From: Octopus sinensis
Lineage: Eukaryota
DNA length: 64,000 nucleotides
Assembly (NCBI RefSeq): GCF_006345805.1
Contig: NC_043000.1
Coordinates: 93,124,001 to 93,188,000 of the forward strand
Direction: 5' to 3'
A program made the position numbers and the translations under genes. How positions within the stretch are numbered: the stretch's first letter is position 1; each line of letters begins with the position of its first letter. The notes under the pieces were generated by a model. The model was not told the DNA's origin. It did no database searches and saw only the letters and a program-made list of their open reading frames with translations. Positions 24,601 through 36,479 of this stretch are shown in pieces.

Positions 24601-24620
<20 letters not shown>

Positions 24621-24834
24621 TATATATCATTATCATCGGAAAAAAAAAATCAAGATTGAAAATGCTAAAATAATTTTATAAAGAACATCAGTCATTGAGA
24701 CTTTTTTAACTTAAAGTATGGAAAACAATTAAGTTTAGAAAAATTTAAAAAGTTTTTTTAAAAGAATATTTGTATAGTGTTCAATACAAGTGGCATTTTC
24801 CTTGATCCAAACTGTCTCTATCTCTCCTTGTTAT

Positions 24835-25733
24835 CATCATCGTTTAACGTCCGTTTTCCATGCTAGCATGGGTTGGACGGTTCAACTGGGGTCTGGGAAG
24901 CCAGAAGGCTGCGCCAGGCCCAATCTGATCTGGCAGTGTTTCTATGACTAGATGCCCTTTCTAACGCCAACCACTCCGTGCGTGTAGTGGGTGCTTTTTA
25001 CGTGCCACCTGCACAGGTGCCTCATTGCTGATTGGGCTGTGTGATTATATACTCTTTACTCTCTCTTTTACTCTTTTACTTGTTTCAGTTGTTTGACTGT
25101 GATCATGCTGGAGCACAGCCTTTAGTCAACCAAATCGACCTCAGGATTTATTCTTTGTAAGTATAGTACTTATTCTATCACTCTCTTCTGCTCAACCACT
25201 AAGTTACGGGACATAAAAACACCAACCTTGGTTTTCAAGCGATGGGGGGGGGACAAATACAGACATACAAGCATATACACATACATACATACATCATCAT
25301 CATCATCATCAATGTTTTAATGCATGCTATCCATGTTAGCATGGGTTGGACGATTTCACTGAGGACTGGCGAACCAGATGGCCTCACCAGACTCCAATCT
25401 GATCTTGCAGAATTTCTACAGTGGGATGCCCTTCCTAACGCCAACCACTCCGTCAATGTAGTGGGTGCTTTTACGTGCCACCGGCACGAGGGCCAGTCAG
25501 GCGGTACTAAAATGGCCATGCTCAAATGGTGTTTTTTACGTGCCACCTGCACAGGAGCCAGTCCAGCGACACTAGCAACAACCTCGCTTGAATGTTTTTT
25601 TCACGTGCCACCAGGACAAGTGCCAGTAAGGCGATGCTGGTAATGATCATGCTCGAATGGATCTTTTTATGTGCCACCTGCATGGAAGCCAGTTAGCTGC
25701 TCTGGCAATGATCCCACTTGGATGGTGCTCTTT

Positions 25734-25776
<43 letters not shown>

Positions 25777-25935
25777 ACAGGCTTCTTTCAGTTTCTGTCT
25801 ACCAAATACACTCACAGTGCTTTGGTCGGACTGAGGCCATAGTAGAAGACACTTGCCCAAGGTGCCACGCAGTGGGACTGAACCTGGAACCATGTGGTTG
25901 GTAAACAGGCTACTAATCACACAGCCACTCCTGTG
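24835..25935 (-). mobile_element. Stack of SINE C (24835-25022), SINE B 3' half (25055-25290), SINE C (25293-25735) and SINE B 5' half (25775-25935)
   Basis: Family signatures as above; the B element appears split by the second C copy at its internal microsatellite. Confidence 0.8.
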
Positions 25936-26214
25936 CCTGTATATATTTTTCAAAAATAAAAGCACAAGAAGACAAAGTGAAAAAACTATGATCAGGGTTA
26001 TTAAGTTGACACTCAAGAAAAATTGGAAGAAGTCCTTAATGTTTGCAGTTTTTCCTTTTCTACAGAAAGGATATATGAGGAGGGATAAAAGATAGAAAGA
26101 TACAAACAAATATGTTGGGGTTAAACAGTCAAGGTATGCTGACAGAAAATGATACACATATTTGTGTATAGCAATATGCATACATATATATATATATACA
26201 CTCACTGGTAGGTG

Positions 26215-26400
26215 CAAGTGTGGCTGTGTGGTTAACAAACTTGCTTCTAAACCATATGATCTCAGTCTCACTCCCACTGCATGGCATTTTGGGTGTCTTC
26301 TACTACAACTCCAGGCCAACAAAAGACTTGTGAGTGGTTTTGATGGATGGGAACTAAAAGAAGCCCATCTACACACACACACATACAGACACAAATGTAT
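26215..26400 (+). mobile_element. SINE family B, 5' half
   Basis: gtggctgtgtggttaacaaacttgcttc...cttgtgagtgg...aaagaagccc. Confidence 0.7.
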
Positions 26401-26630
26401 ATATAAATGTGTGAGTGTATTGTATGTATGTGTGTATGCCATTATTCAGTTGTATTTCAAGATTTTTTGCCAATAGAGAAATGGCTAGCTTCTAACCTAG
26501 ATTCAAGGCTCCTTCACTGTAATTTCATCGACATCACCAGGGTATTTTTGAATGCACGATTTGTCTGTTTTGTTTTATGTATGATGTCTTCTCATGCATA
26601 TACTTGCATTTCTAGACATGGTTATATATA

Positions 26631-27090
26631 TATCAGGTCATCCCATAAGTTCTGTCCAAATTTTGAATAAAGAAAACAAGTGATCAAATGTTATAGTTAA
26701 TTGAAATTTAATCATCAATGTACTTACCCTGATTATCTATGACTTCCTTCCATCTATTTACAAGCTTTTTAATCCCATCAATGTAAAACTCTTTTGGTTT
26801 CAAAGCAAAGAACTCTGAAATGTCAGTTTCGACTTCCTCCTTGCTTGCGAAAGTAATTTCTCCCAAATGATTCTGTAAACTACGGAGCAAATGGTAGTCT
26901 GAAGGAGCAAAATTGGGAGAATAAGGTGGATGAGGAATTTTTTCCCAACCAAGCTCTTCGATCTTCTGTGATGTGATCTTTTGCAGTGTGGGGTCGTGCA
27001 TTGTCCTGATGAAACATTCCTTTTCGATTCACTAAAGCAGGTCATTTTCTTCAAAGCTTGGTTCAAATGCTCTAATTGCTGACGGTATTA
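26631..27090 (-). mobile_element. Mariner transposase C-terminal relic with right TIR
   Basis: QDNARPH...LGWEKIPHPPYSPNFAPSDYHLLRSLQNHL...VIDNQGKYIDD* (D34D region); TIR ggacagaacttatgggatgacctga followed by TA. Confidence 0.92.
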
Positions 27091-27920
27091 TGTTGCATTC
27101 TCTCAGCAAATGTTGCCCGCTAATTGTTCTATGGTTTCTGCTGGAAGATCCTGTAGGCAGACTTGCTTGAATGACTGTTGAATTTAGCAAGCATCCTTCG
27201 GTGAGGAAGTTGCTGGATTCTTTCATCGTTTACATCAAAAAAGTTCTCTTTGAATGAGGAGCCCACCAATTCTGCTACTGTTTTCTGTATCATAGTTTCA
27301 GATCATATCAGAGCTTCTCTAGGTTTGTTTCAGTTGCTTTGATGTTTGGAAGCTTACTATCCAAACATGACTGAAACTCTTTCTGAAGTTCTTGAAGCCT
27401 GTTGAACAGTAGTTTCTTCATTAGTGGACATCTCTTCTTCCTGACATTTTCAATGGACAATTTGACTTTGCTTAAAACAACCTGTGATCTAAGTGGCAGT
27501 CTGTGCTGGGCATGACTCTGGTATGGAGCATGTCAATCATATCCAACTGTCACACCAAATGCTAATCCAGCAAGTGGCAGTGTTTTGAGTAGGGATGTCT
27601 GGAGGTTGTCTTGAACTGTGCATTCTGCTGGAACAGAGTATTGGAGATGATGAAACTAAGCTCTGCTCAGAATTCAAACAACGTTTTCCTGACATCATTG
27701 CAACTACCATTTTCATGTCAACCAAGTATTCCTGGCTGATATAGAGTGATTCCAGTCGACTTTTAAACTGAAATCACCCAAAATGACAATTTTGTCCTTA
27801 TGGTTGGTCTTTTGAAGAGCGATATCAGTTCACTCTAAAGCAATTTCTTTGCTGCTGGATCTGCCTGAAAAGTTGGAGCATCATTGCCAATGATGGTTCC
27901 ATGTAGCCCATCTTGAAGGC
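27090..27920 (-). mobile_element. RTE (BovB-like) LINE relic: AP endonuclease and linker
   Basis: Degenerate KDKIVILGDF...IISNTLFQQNAQFKTT.RHP.SKH.HLLD...MLHTRVMPSTDCHLDHRL...FFDVNDERIQQL. Confidence 0.75.
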
Positions 27921-28240
27921 ATGTGCCTTAGTGGTTAGGGTATTTGGCTCGTGATTGTCAGATTGGGAGTTCGATTCTTGGCAATGTATTGTGTTCTTGA
28001 GCAAGACACTTTAATTCGTGTTGCTCCAATCAATGCCACTGGCAAAACTGACTTATCACTGTAATACAAAGGGCTAGCCTGGTCACATTGTGTCACACTG
28101 AATTTCCTCAAGAACTACGTCAAGGGTACACTTGTCTGTGGAATACTCAGCCAAGTGCACATTTATTTCATGAGCAGGCTGTTCCATTGATCAAGTCAGC
28201 TGGAACACTTGTCTTCATAATCATTAGAGTGCCAGGCCAT
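27920..28240 (+). mobile_element. SINE family E
   Basis: gcatgtgccttagtggttagggtatttgg...ggagttcgattc...ttcttgagcaagacac. Confidence 0.8.
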
Positions 28241-28424
28241 CTTGTAGAGGGAAACGGAGAAACATGATGTGGTCAGAGTAGCCAATGGGGAATTTCTCAA
28301 GCCATGAGGCAATAGCGTTTTGTATCATAAAGCAAACTCCAGACTGGGCATACCCTAGTGCCTTCGGTCATTGTTGCACCAACTGCATTTTTATACTTTA
28401 TGACATTCAGCCCACCTGTGTGTG

Positions 28425-28580
28425 TATATATATTTATATATATATATATATATGTGCATGTATATTTGTGTGTGTATGTGTTGTGTGTGTGTGTATGTAT
28501 ATAAATGTGTGTATGCTGTGTGTGTATATGTATGTATTGTGTGTATCGGTGTGTGTGTGTGTACATACATATGCAAACAC
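28425..28580. repeat. (TA)n/(TG)n microsatellite
   Basis: Directly visible. Confidence 0.9.
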
Positions 28581-29167
28581 AAATTTATATACAGTCTTAT
28601 TTATTTATTTTCTTGTTCAATGCACAGAATTTGAGGCAGTTTATAGCTAAGAGACATGATTCTTTCATTGTTATTCAAACGTCGATAAATTGAGAGAGAA
28701 ATGTTGCACTTTAGTAAAGTTTTTATCTTGATTCTGCATTAATGGATAGTTCAACAACAAAAAACAAACCATAAAAGGAATCAAATTTAAAAATTAAAAT
28801 AAAGAAATAAAATTCAGAGCAGACAAACCATTCTCTTTTTTTTTTAGTTTAGTTTTTTTTTTCTGTTTCTTTGTCTGTAAATCACAGCTCCTTGGTGCTT
28901 TTGTATAGAAGCTTGAGTATCTTGTTGAATTACTACAAATATTGCATTCCTGTTAGGCAGAGAATTAGCTGAGTTATTAGGCTGATGGCTGGATTGCGTA
29001 CAGCTGTTTGTTTTGTCTCTTGCTGATCTGGGTTCAAATCCTAGTAAGCAAGTGGGTCAAAAGTCAGAAATATGAGAACATCAGACTGGACGTGTGTTGG
29101 ATATGTATGTATTTGGTTATATATCTGCGTGTGTTTATGAGAATGGAAATGTGTAATTTTGGAATGG

Positions 29168-29405
29168 AAAGGCGGTGAACTGGCAGAAACGTTAGCATGC
29201 CAGGCGAAATGCTTTGCGGTATTTCGTCTGCCGCTACGTTCTGAGTTCAAATTCCGCCGAGGTCGACTTTGCCTTTCATCCTTTCAGGGTCGATTAAATA
29301 AGAACCGGTTATGCACTGGGATCGATATAATAGACTTAGTCCCTTTGTCTGTCCTCATTTGTCATCTCTGTGTTTAGCCCCTTGTGGGTAGTAAAGAAAT
29401 AGGAA
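29168..29405 (+). mobile_element. SINE family A, full length and little diverged
   Basis: aaggcggtgaactggcagaaacgttagc...gttctgagttcaaattccgccgaggtcgactttgcc...gtaaagaaatagg. Confidence 0.92.
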
Positions 29406-30289
29406 ATGTGCAATTTTGTATGTGTAGGTTTGTGTGTGTGAGTGTGTAAGAGTGATTGCATTTCGTTTTGGGAATGAATTTTGGTTTTATATTTTGTTTC
29501 ATCTGAATGGTAAAGTGGTTGGCATAATGAAGGGCATCAAAGCATTTCAAACATGCCATAGATAACATTAGAGCATTATGCAGCCTTACAGCTTTCCAAG
29601 ATCTTGTCAAGCTGTCCAACCCACGCCAGCATGGAAAGCAAGCATTAAATGATGGTGATGATGATCATGATCATGATGATCATGGAAGCTGTTGTTGTTA
29701 TTAAGCAACAAGATAGGTAAGGGTGATTAGGTGATGGTTTAGGGCTTAGGGGTAGGAGACCCCAGACCTTGGAAAAAAGAAAGTTTGGTCGTCTTGTTGT
29801 AGGCAAGGGCTCTTCATTGACGCCCATCACTACTGGGAGGTGGCCATCATGGAAGCTTGCAGTATTTATTACAAGTCTCTGTACTTTGAGTCGAAATCCC
29901 ACTGAAGTCAGCTTTGCCTTTCATCATTTTGGGGTTGATAAAAAAGTGCTATCAAAAGCACTGGACTGGCAGAACTGAAAGAATGTGAGAGCAAATGACT
30001 GGCAGTATTTATTCCAACTCATTGCATTCTGATTTCAGATCCTACCATGACCTACATGGATTGAAGACTCAATCCATTGCAGGATTTAATACTAGCACCT
30101 GACACTTTGATCACCTTTACTGGAGTCTGCTCTGTTGCAAGTATTTGGCCTAGGTATTTAGTTTGAGAGTACCCCCATCCTTTCTTCCAGTTTCAGTTCC
30201 TGGACTAGTTCTGTAGCACACCAACAGTTGACAGCACACGGTTGTGTGCACAGTGAGGGCCAACAGTGAAGGCCTTCATGAGGCAGTGT

Positions 30290-31410
30290 GCTGAGTGACA
30301 TCACTGTGTTTACTATGCAAGTTGTGAAATTTGTGTTTTTGTAATCACATGTATGCTGTAGTCAGTGATTTTGTCATGGACTGGATGTTAGACCAAAGAG
30401 CCAACTTGAAATTTTGCACTAAACAAATCCACTCACAAGGCTTTGGTTAATCTGAGGCTATAGTAGAAGACTCTTGCCCAAAGTGCCATGTAGTGTATCA
30501 TCATCATCATTGTTCGACCGTGGTTGAGACAATGGAATTTACCATGCTACGCCAGACTTCACGGTCCATCATAGCATTACAGAGGTCCTGTTGCTGGATG
30601 CTTGTATCCCTGGAGATTACATCAAGGTAGGAGAGTGTGCGCCCTCTGGTATTGCGAGTAGATGGCTTCCAGAGGAGAAGAGTAGAAATTGCCTCGTTTT
30701 CAGCTCTTCAACAATGTCCAGCAAACTGGACTCTCCTACCTTTCACAAGAGATGACACAGGTGGTAGTTTCCCATATATTTGCATTTTGGTTGGATGATG
30801 CTTCCACAAGAGATTTTGAGCTCTCATAAGGAGGCGAGTGTAGGATCCATCCAACCGCCTCTCAAGCTTCTTTGATAACATCTTTGATAACTTCTTTGAT
30901 AACGTTAGTAAGTCTGCTACAGAGACATTGAGCATACTTTGGCAAATTTATGGCGATGAGGCAAGATGCCATATACAGTGTTTTGAGTGGCAAAGGCACT
31001 TCAAAAGCAGGAGAACATCCTTGAAAGATGATGAACAATTTGGAAAACCTGCCATGAGCGTCACCCCCAGAAATGTGGAGAAAATTAACCAGCTCATGCA
31101 TGAGGATCATCAGAGGATAATCAGTGACATTGTTAATGTTGTGGGTCTGTCATATAAGTCCGTGCAAGCAATCCTAACATCTGAATTCACTCGTAAGGTT
31201 CTTGCAAAAAACAACATGGTATCTTTTCTGCACTTGTCCTATTCACCAGATTTAGCCCCTGCAGACTTCCATCTCCAAAATGAAAATGCAGCTCAATGGT
31301 GCCAGTTTTATCATCTTTGTTGAGTTCCAGAGCAAATTACAGAAGGTTTTTTGCTCACTTACAGAAAACAACTTCCAAGCTTAAGGGAGATGATGTTAAA
31401 AATTTGGTAA
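30290..31410 (+). mobile_element. Internally deleted mariner relic interrupted by a SINE B fragment and an RTE 3' end
   Basis: ATG at 30376 (MD.MLDQRANLKFC) resumes at ~30900 as KSATETLSILWQIYGDEA...DDEQFGKP...YSPDLAPADFHL. Confidence 0.8.
30497..30879 (-). mobile_element. RTE-clade LINE 3' end with (GAT)n tail
   Basis: ERRLDGSYTRLLMRAQNLLWKHHPT...RRVQFAGHC...DREVWRSMVNSIVSTTVEQ*. Confidence 0.88.
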
Positions 31411-31420
31411 ATATAGGCAT

Positions 31421-31577
31421 AGGAGTGGCTGTACAGTAAGTAGCTTGCTCACGAAACACATGATTCCAGGTTCAGTCCCACTACATGGCACCTTGGGCAA
31501 GTGTCTTCTACTATAGCCTTGGGCCAACCAAAGCCTTGTGAGTGGATTTGGTAGACGGAAACTGAAAGAAGCCCGTC

Positions 31578-31617
<40 letters not shown>

Positions 31618-31845
31618 GTGTGTATATGTTTGTGTATCTGTGTTTGTCCCCCCAACATCGCTTGACAACCAATGCTGGTGTGTTTACATCCCCATAATGT
31701 AGTTGTTCAGCAAAGAGACCGATAGAATATGTACTAGGCTTACGAAGAATAAGTCCAGGGGTTGATTTGCTTGACTAAAGACAGTGCTCCAGCATGGCCA
31801 CAGTCAAATGACTGAAACAAGTAAAAGAGTAAAAGTGTAAAAGAG
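31421..31845 (+). mobile_element. SINE family B, full length (CORE-like; internal (TA)n)
   Basis: aggagtggctgt...ggttcagtcccact...ccttgggcaagtgtcttc...(TA)n...cagtcaaatgactgaaacaagtaaaagag. Confidence 0.92.
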
Positions 31846-32439
31846 TAATAAGGCACATTTCATTAAACATAACTTGTCCTGGAACTTTTCAATACCACCT
31901 CGTATAATAGCAGTCTTAAAGGCCTAGTTATGGAGTCAGCAGAGCCTCAGATAGATGGCTCTTCAGTAATCATTTCCATGTTTGTGTTCTGAGCCCATAT
32001 CCCCAGTTTGATCTCTTTCTGGAAGAAACTGATGGGTGGATGAAATCGGACCTTGAGAGGAATGGGCTCTATCAGGTCTAAATATGCTAAAGATATTCCA
32101 TATTTCACAACAGTACCTCTACAAATTTATCAAGAATCGAAAGCCAAAGACGAGGCTAAGCAGTGACAGTCATATCGAAAATTTTTGGTATATATATATG
32201 TTCATAAAAAAATTATTACACAGTAACCTTGAAAAGTAAATATTCTTAAAGACTGAACAAATATAATTGACCTGAATTAAAAAAAATATATGATTATGTA
32301 AAATGTTTCTTTTCCTTCTAAACAGCGCCATCTGCTGCAATGTGGTTATCATTGCTCCAAATCTAACAAAAGGGCTTTGTTACTTAGAAATTGTGGAAAG
32401 TATTTAAATAAGTAATGTACATAAAGACACCCACCCACA

Positions 32440-32601
32440 CTCATATATATATATATATATATATATAACTATGTATGTATATATATATATGTATGTATAT
32501 ATATATGTATGTATATATATATATATGTTTATATATATGTATGTATATATATATATGTATGTATATATATATATGTATGTATATATATGTATATATGTAT
32601 G

Positions 32602-32641
<40 letters not shown>

Positions 32642-32717
32642 ATGTATATATATATGTATATGTATGTATATATATGTATGTTTATATATGTATGTATATA
32701 TATATTGTATATATATG

Positions 32718-32752
<35 letters not shown>

Positions 32753-32807
32753 GTATGCATGTATATATATATATATGTATGTATGTATATATATATATAT
32801 ATGTATG

Positions 32808-32838
<31 letters not shown>

Positions 32839-33090
32839 ATATATAGTATGTATATATATATGTGTATGTATATATATATGTGTGTATATATATATATTAT
32901 ATATATAATATATATTATATATATATATATATATATATGTATATGTATATATATATATATGTGTGTGTATGTATATATATATATATGTATCAATGTATCT
33001 ATCTATATGTACATATATATGTTACATAATCACATATGTAAGTGTGTGTGTGAGTGTGTATACATATATGTATATATACACACACATGAG
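32440..33090. repeat. ~650-bp (TA)n/(TATG) cryptic microsatellite
   Basis: Directly visible. Confidence 0.95.
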
Positions 33091-33176
33091 TTAGCACATA
33101 ACTCCAAAACAAAGTGGGAAAAATATACTAAAGGTAGAGTAATATACTTTTTTTATTAAAGCTGTAAAACTTTACA

Positions 33177-33218
33177 AACTGTGAGTCAGTGTTTCACGTT
33201 CCTGTTCATCGGACAGTT
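33177..33218 (-). ncRNA. Degenerate Penelope-type minimal hammerhead motif
   Basis: Minus strand AACTGT-CCGATGA-ACAGGAACGT-GAA-ACACTGACT-C-ACAGTT; stem I is 6/6, but U4 is C and stem III is broken. Confidence 0.45.
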
Positions 33219-33406
33219 GTGATTAAAACTGGAATAAAATTGTGATGGCACATGTAATATATAATTTGACATAATACAATTCGATGAATAAGCATTTGAA
33301 TTTGATTGGGTAACATATTTTCAAAACATAAATGGTGTTGTATTCATTAACGGTTGGGTGGTTTGTCAGTGTATAACTTGAAGAGTAAAATATAAATATA
33401 TTACAT

Positions 33407-33466
33407 TTGGGAGGGGCATTATGCCAGTAATATTCAACACATGCACTGGCATCATGCCCTTCCCAA
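33407..33466 (+). ncRNA. Candidate pre-miRNA hairpin
   Basis: 22-nt arms with 20 Watson-Crick pairs, 1 G-U and 1 mismatch; 16-nt loop; lower stem tatt/aata; CNNC (caac) at 33486-33489. Confidence 0.5.
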
Positions 33467-33848
33467 GGTTCAATAGTATTTCTTTCAACACATGAATTCA
33501 CATCAAGAATCTTGCAAATCAAATACAAATATGAAATATATTATGCTATATGGAAAAAGCCTTGAGGGAAGAAAGGAGTAGTGCATGTCCAAAAGGGATT
33601 AATTAATAATTAATAAAGGTGTAAGTTTGTTTTTATAACTTTAAAATTGTTTCCACTGCACCAAAGGTGAGTAGTTGCACATGCAAATGAATTCAGTTTG
33701 CTTTAAGCCTAGCTGGTTGAAAGACCCTGAACAAAGCTGCACAGAAAATGACGCCTGATAGCATATGCCAACCCATTAAACTGAATCAGTTATGATGTAG
33801 TTGTCAGGAGAACTTCTACATTAAATTAAAAAATTTTGTAAATAATAA

Positions 33849-34248
33849 TTATAAATTCTCAAATGCAGGATAATGCTAATAATATAGCCTGAACCTACCC
33901 CTATTTTGCAGAAAAAAGTGTTGGTGGCGGGCTATGAGACTCAAACTCACTCCTCCGGGATTACGCGTCACAGTGCTCTGAACCATTAAGCTAAACCACC
34001 CACACCAGAAATTCTTCCGCAAATTTAAGGTATATAGAAATCTCACTTTATGAGATGCTATCATATGTTAAATTCAAATTACAATGAATGTAAACAAACA
34101 AAAAGCGTTGAGATGTCTTAGAAATTTAAAGAAGTGATTATAAATTCTCGAGTTTGGGAATTTAAAATCACTTCTTTAACTTTCTAAGACATCTCAATGC
34201 TTCTAAAGCAAACTTCATTTGTTTATGTTCATCGTAATTTGAATTTAA
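33849..34248 (-). mobile_element. tRNA-headed element with 12-bp direct repeat and long terminal fold-back
   Basis: tRNA-Thr(CGT)-like cloverleaf relic at 33923-34001 (minus); ttataaattctc at 33849 and 34138; inverted arms 34068-34149 / 34156-34248. Confidence 0.6.
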
Positions 34249-34301
34249 TAATTATAAGCTTTAAGCTTACAGGCTTAAAATAGAAAATAGTCTAATATCC
34301 T

Positions 34302-34680
34302 AATGAAAAGTGGTAGGCAGCAGAACCAGAGGCAGACCTCAGTTTGTGTGGATGGATGGAGTGAGGAACGTTTTGGTGGTTAGAGGTATTGGAGTGAGAG
34401 AGGCAAGAGAGTTTATAAATGATAGGAAAGCTTGGAAAATGTTTGTGGATGGCTGAGTGAACTTGATGTTACTGAAAAGGGTATGGAACCAGAATAATGC
34501 TGCAGGGGTAAACCAGCATATGCTGTCAGGCCCCACTGCTGATATTGGGGGTTGCATTCTATGCCTTGACCCAAGCATAGAACAGGACTTGCCTCTTTGA
34601 GCTGGGAAATGAACGGAATGCCTGGTGTCTTATGGCTACCCTAGAAAAATGGGGAATAGACATGGGTATATAAGATACCC
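34302..34680 (+). mobile_element. RTE-clade LINE extreme 3' end plus probable UTR
   Basis: KVVGSRTRGRPQFVWMDGVRNVL...NDRKAWKMFVDG* (stop 34454-34456). Confidence 0.75.
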
Positions 34681-34709
34681 TAATCTAATATTTAAATATA
34701 TATATGTAT

Positions 34710-35200
34710 TATCATCATCATCATCATTTAATGTCTGCTTTCCATGTTGGCATGGGTTAGACAGTTTGACTGGAATTGGTAAGCCAAGGAGCTGCATCAG
34801 ATTCCAGTCTGGTTTTGGCTTGGTTTCTATGACTGGATGTCCTTCATAATGCTAACTGCTCCAAGAGTGTAGTGGAGGCCTTTTACATGTCACCAGCATG
34901 AGTGTTTTTAAATATCATTGGCACAGGTGCTTTTACATGTCACCAGCACAGGTGCTTTTACACGTCACTGGCACAGCTGCTGTTATGGGTCACGGCACCA
35001 GCTGCAACTATGATTTCACTTGGTTTGACTAGTCTTCTCAAACACAGCAAATCACTAAAACTGATGAGCACTGGTCATCATCGCCATGAAACCCAAGGTC
35101 CCACACGGTGGAACAGAGTCTGGGATCATGTGACTGGGATTGAAACCAGAACCATGTGGTTGGCAAGCAAGTTACTTGCCACACAGCCTATATATATATA
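34710..35200 (-). mobile_element. SINE family C followed by a SINE B head fragment
   Basis: catcatcatttaatgtctgctttccatgttggcatgggttagac; gaaccatgtggttggcaagc. Confidence 0.75.
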
Positions 35201-35764
35201 TATATATATATAAATTAGATTTATAAATACTAAATTGAATTTTTCTCTGTAAGTTTGGAGTTGTACTCCCTATTATTATTATTTTCATTATTATTATTAT
35301 GATATATATATATATATATATAGGTGATAAAGGAAGATAGATTTAGCTTTAGTCTTTATTCAGTATGACGATTATTTCAACCTATCCTGAAACTGTCTGT
35401 TGTGGGTAGGATTTTGTGCATCTGATCATGTTCCATCAATTTGTGCAGTTTGTGTTACATCAGGTACACGCATAATGAAGGTAGCCCAAACTCTGAGCAT
35501 GCTCTACTCAGCACACTAATCAACATATATACATTAGTCAAAAAAAATTACATATATAGACATATATATGTGTGTGTGTATATATATATGTATGTATATG
35601 TATTTGTTTGTATGTTTTTGTGCATGTGTGGGTGCATGGTACCAGTTCTGTGGTGTTATCCAGGTATTCTACTAACACAGAACTTAAGCTCTAAGTATTT
35701 TAATCTTTTATCTGATTGGCAGACGTTATTTGTTCTTTGTATTTAGTGTCTGCATGTCTCTCCA

Positions 35765-35765
35765 T

Positions 35766-35803
<38 letters not shown>

Positions 35804-36015
35804 TCACGCATGCACACACATATCCATCGTTGTTAACACCACCACTACCATCACCACCACCACCACCACCACCATATCACCACCACTACCATCATCTCCA
35901 AGAGTAATACAAACCCTACTGACACCTCCCCCATCATCATGCCACCATCACTATCTTCGCCTCCACCGCCATCGCCACCACCAGCAACAACAACAACAAC
36001 AATAACAGCAACAAC
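35765..36015. repeat. (CA)n/(CAC)n/(CAA)n low complexity
   Basis: Directly visible. Confidence 0.9.
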
Positions 36016-36479
36016 ACATCTCATAGAGCATTAAGAACATCAGAGAACGGTAATCACTGAAGCTTGACAGCATGCATTCAAGGAGGTGGTGGTGGTGGTA
36101 GTTGTGGTGGTATGTGCGTGCGCGCGCGTGTGTGTTTGTGTGGAGAGAGAGATAGAGAGAGAGGAGGAGGAGGTTAAGGAGGAGGAGAATTTACAGGCAA
36201 CACTTGTGTAACCTATGTGTCTTATATATTTCTTTACTGCAAACATACACGTCATCTGTACTCCCTCTCAACTACACTGTACTCTCTCCCTCTAACACAT
36301 TCTCTCTCTTTCTTTATCTCTCTCTCTCTCTCTATCTCTCTCTTTCTCTCTCTTTCTCGTATCTCCTACTTTGTTTCTCTTTACATTATCTTATCCTAAT
36401 GTGGCATCTACTTAAGAAGCTTTTTATCCACATCTCTCACTCTCTTTCTCTCCCCATCTCTCTCTCACTCTCTCCTTAC

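Noticed and set aside
32404-33159. Long Y/I/M/C/V-rich ORFs here and at 5983-6762, 12081-12389, 13084-14049, 36204-37116 and 56391-57203
   Set aside because: These are translations of (TA)n/(TG)n/(CA)n microsatellites, which lack stops by construction.
33923-34001. Functional tRNA-Thr gene
   Set aside because: Acceptor and anticodon stems are mismatched, U33 is G and the T-loop has decayed; treated as a pseudogene or retroposon head.
35050-35110. CTGATGA...GAAAC-CCAA-GGTC hammerhead-like string
   Set aside because: Stem III could form, but stems I and II do not pair; it lies in SINE C-derived sequence.
35643-35685. agttctgtg/cacagaact hairpin as a miRNA candidate
   Set aside because: Only 9 contiguous pairs; the interior pairs poorly.
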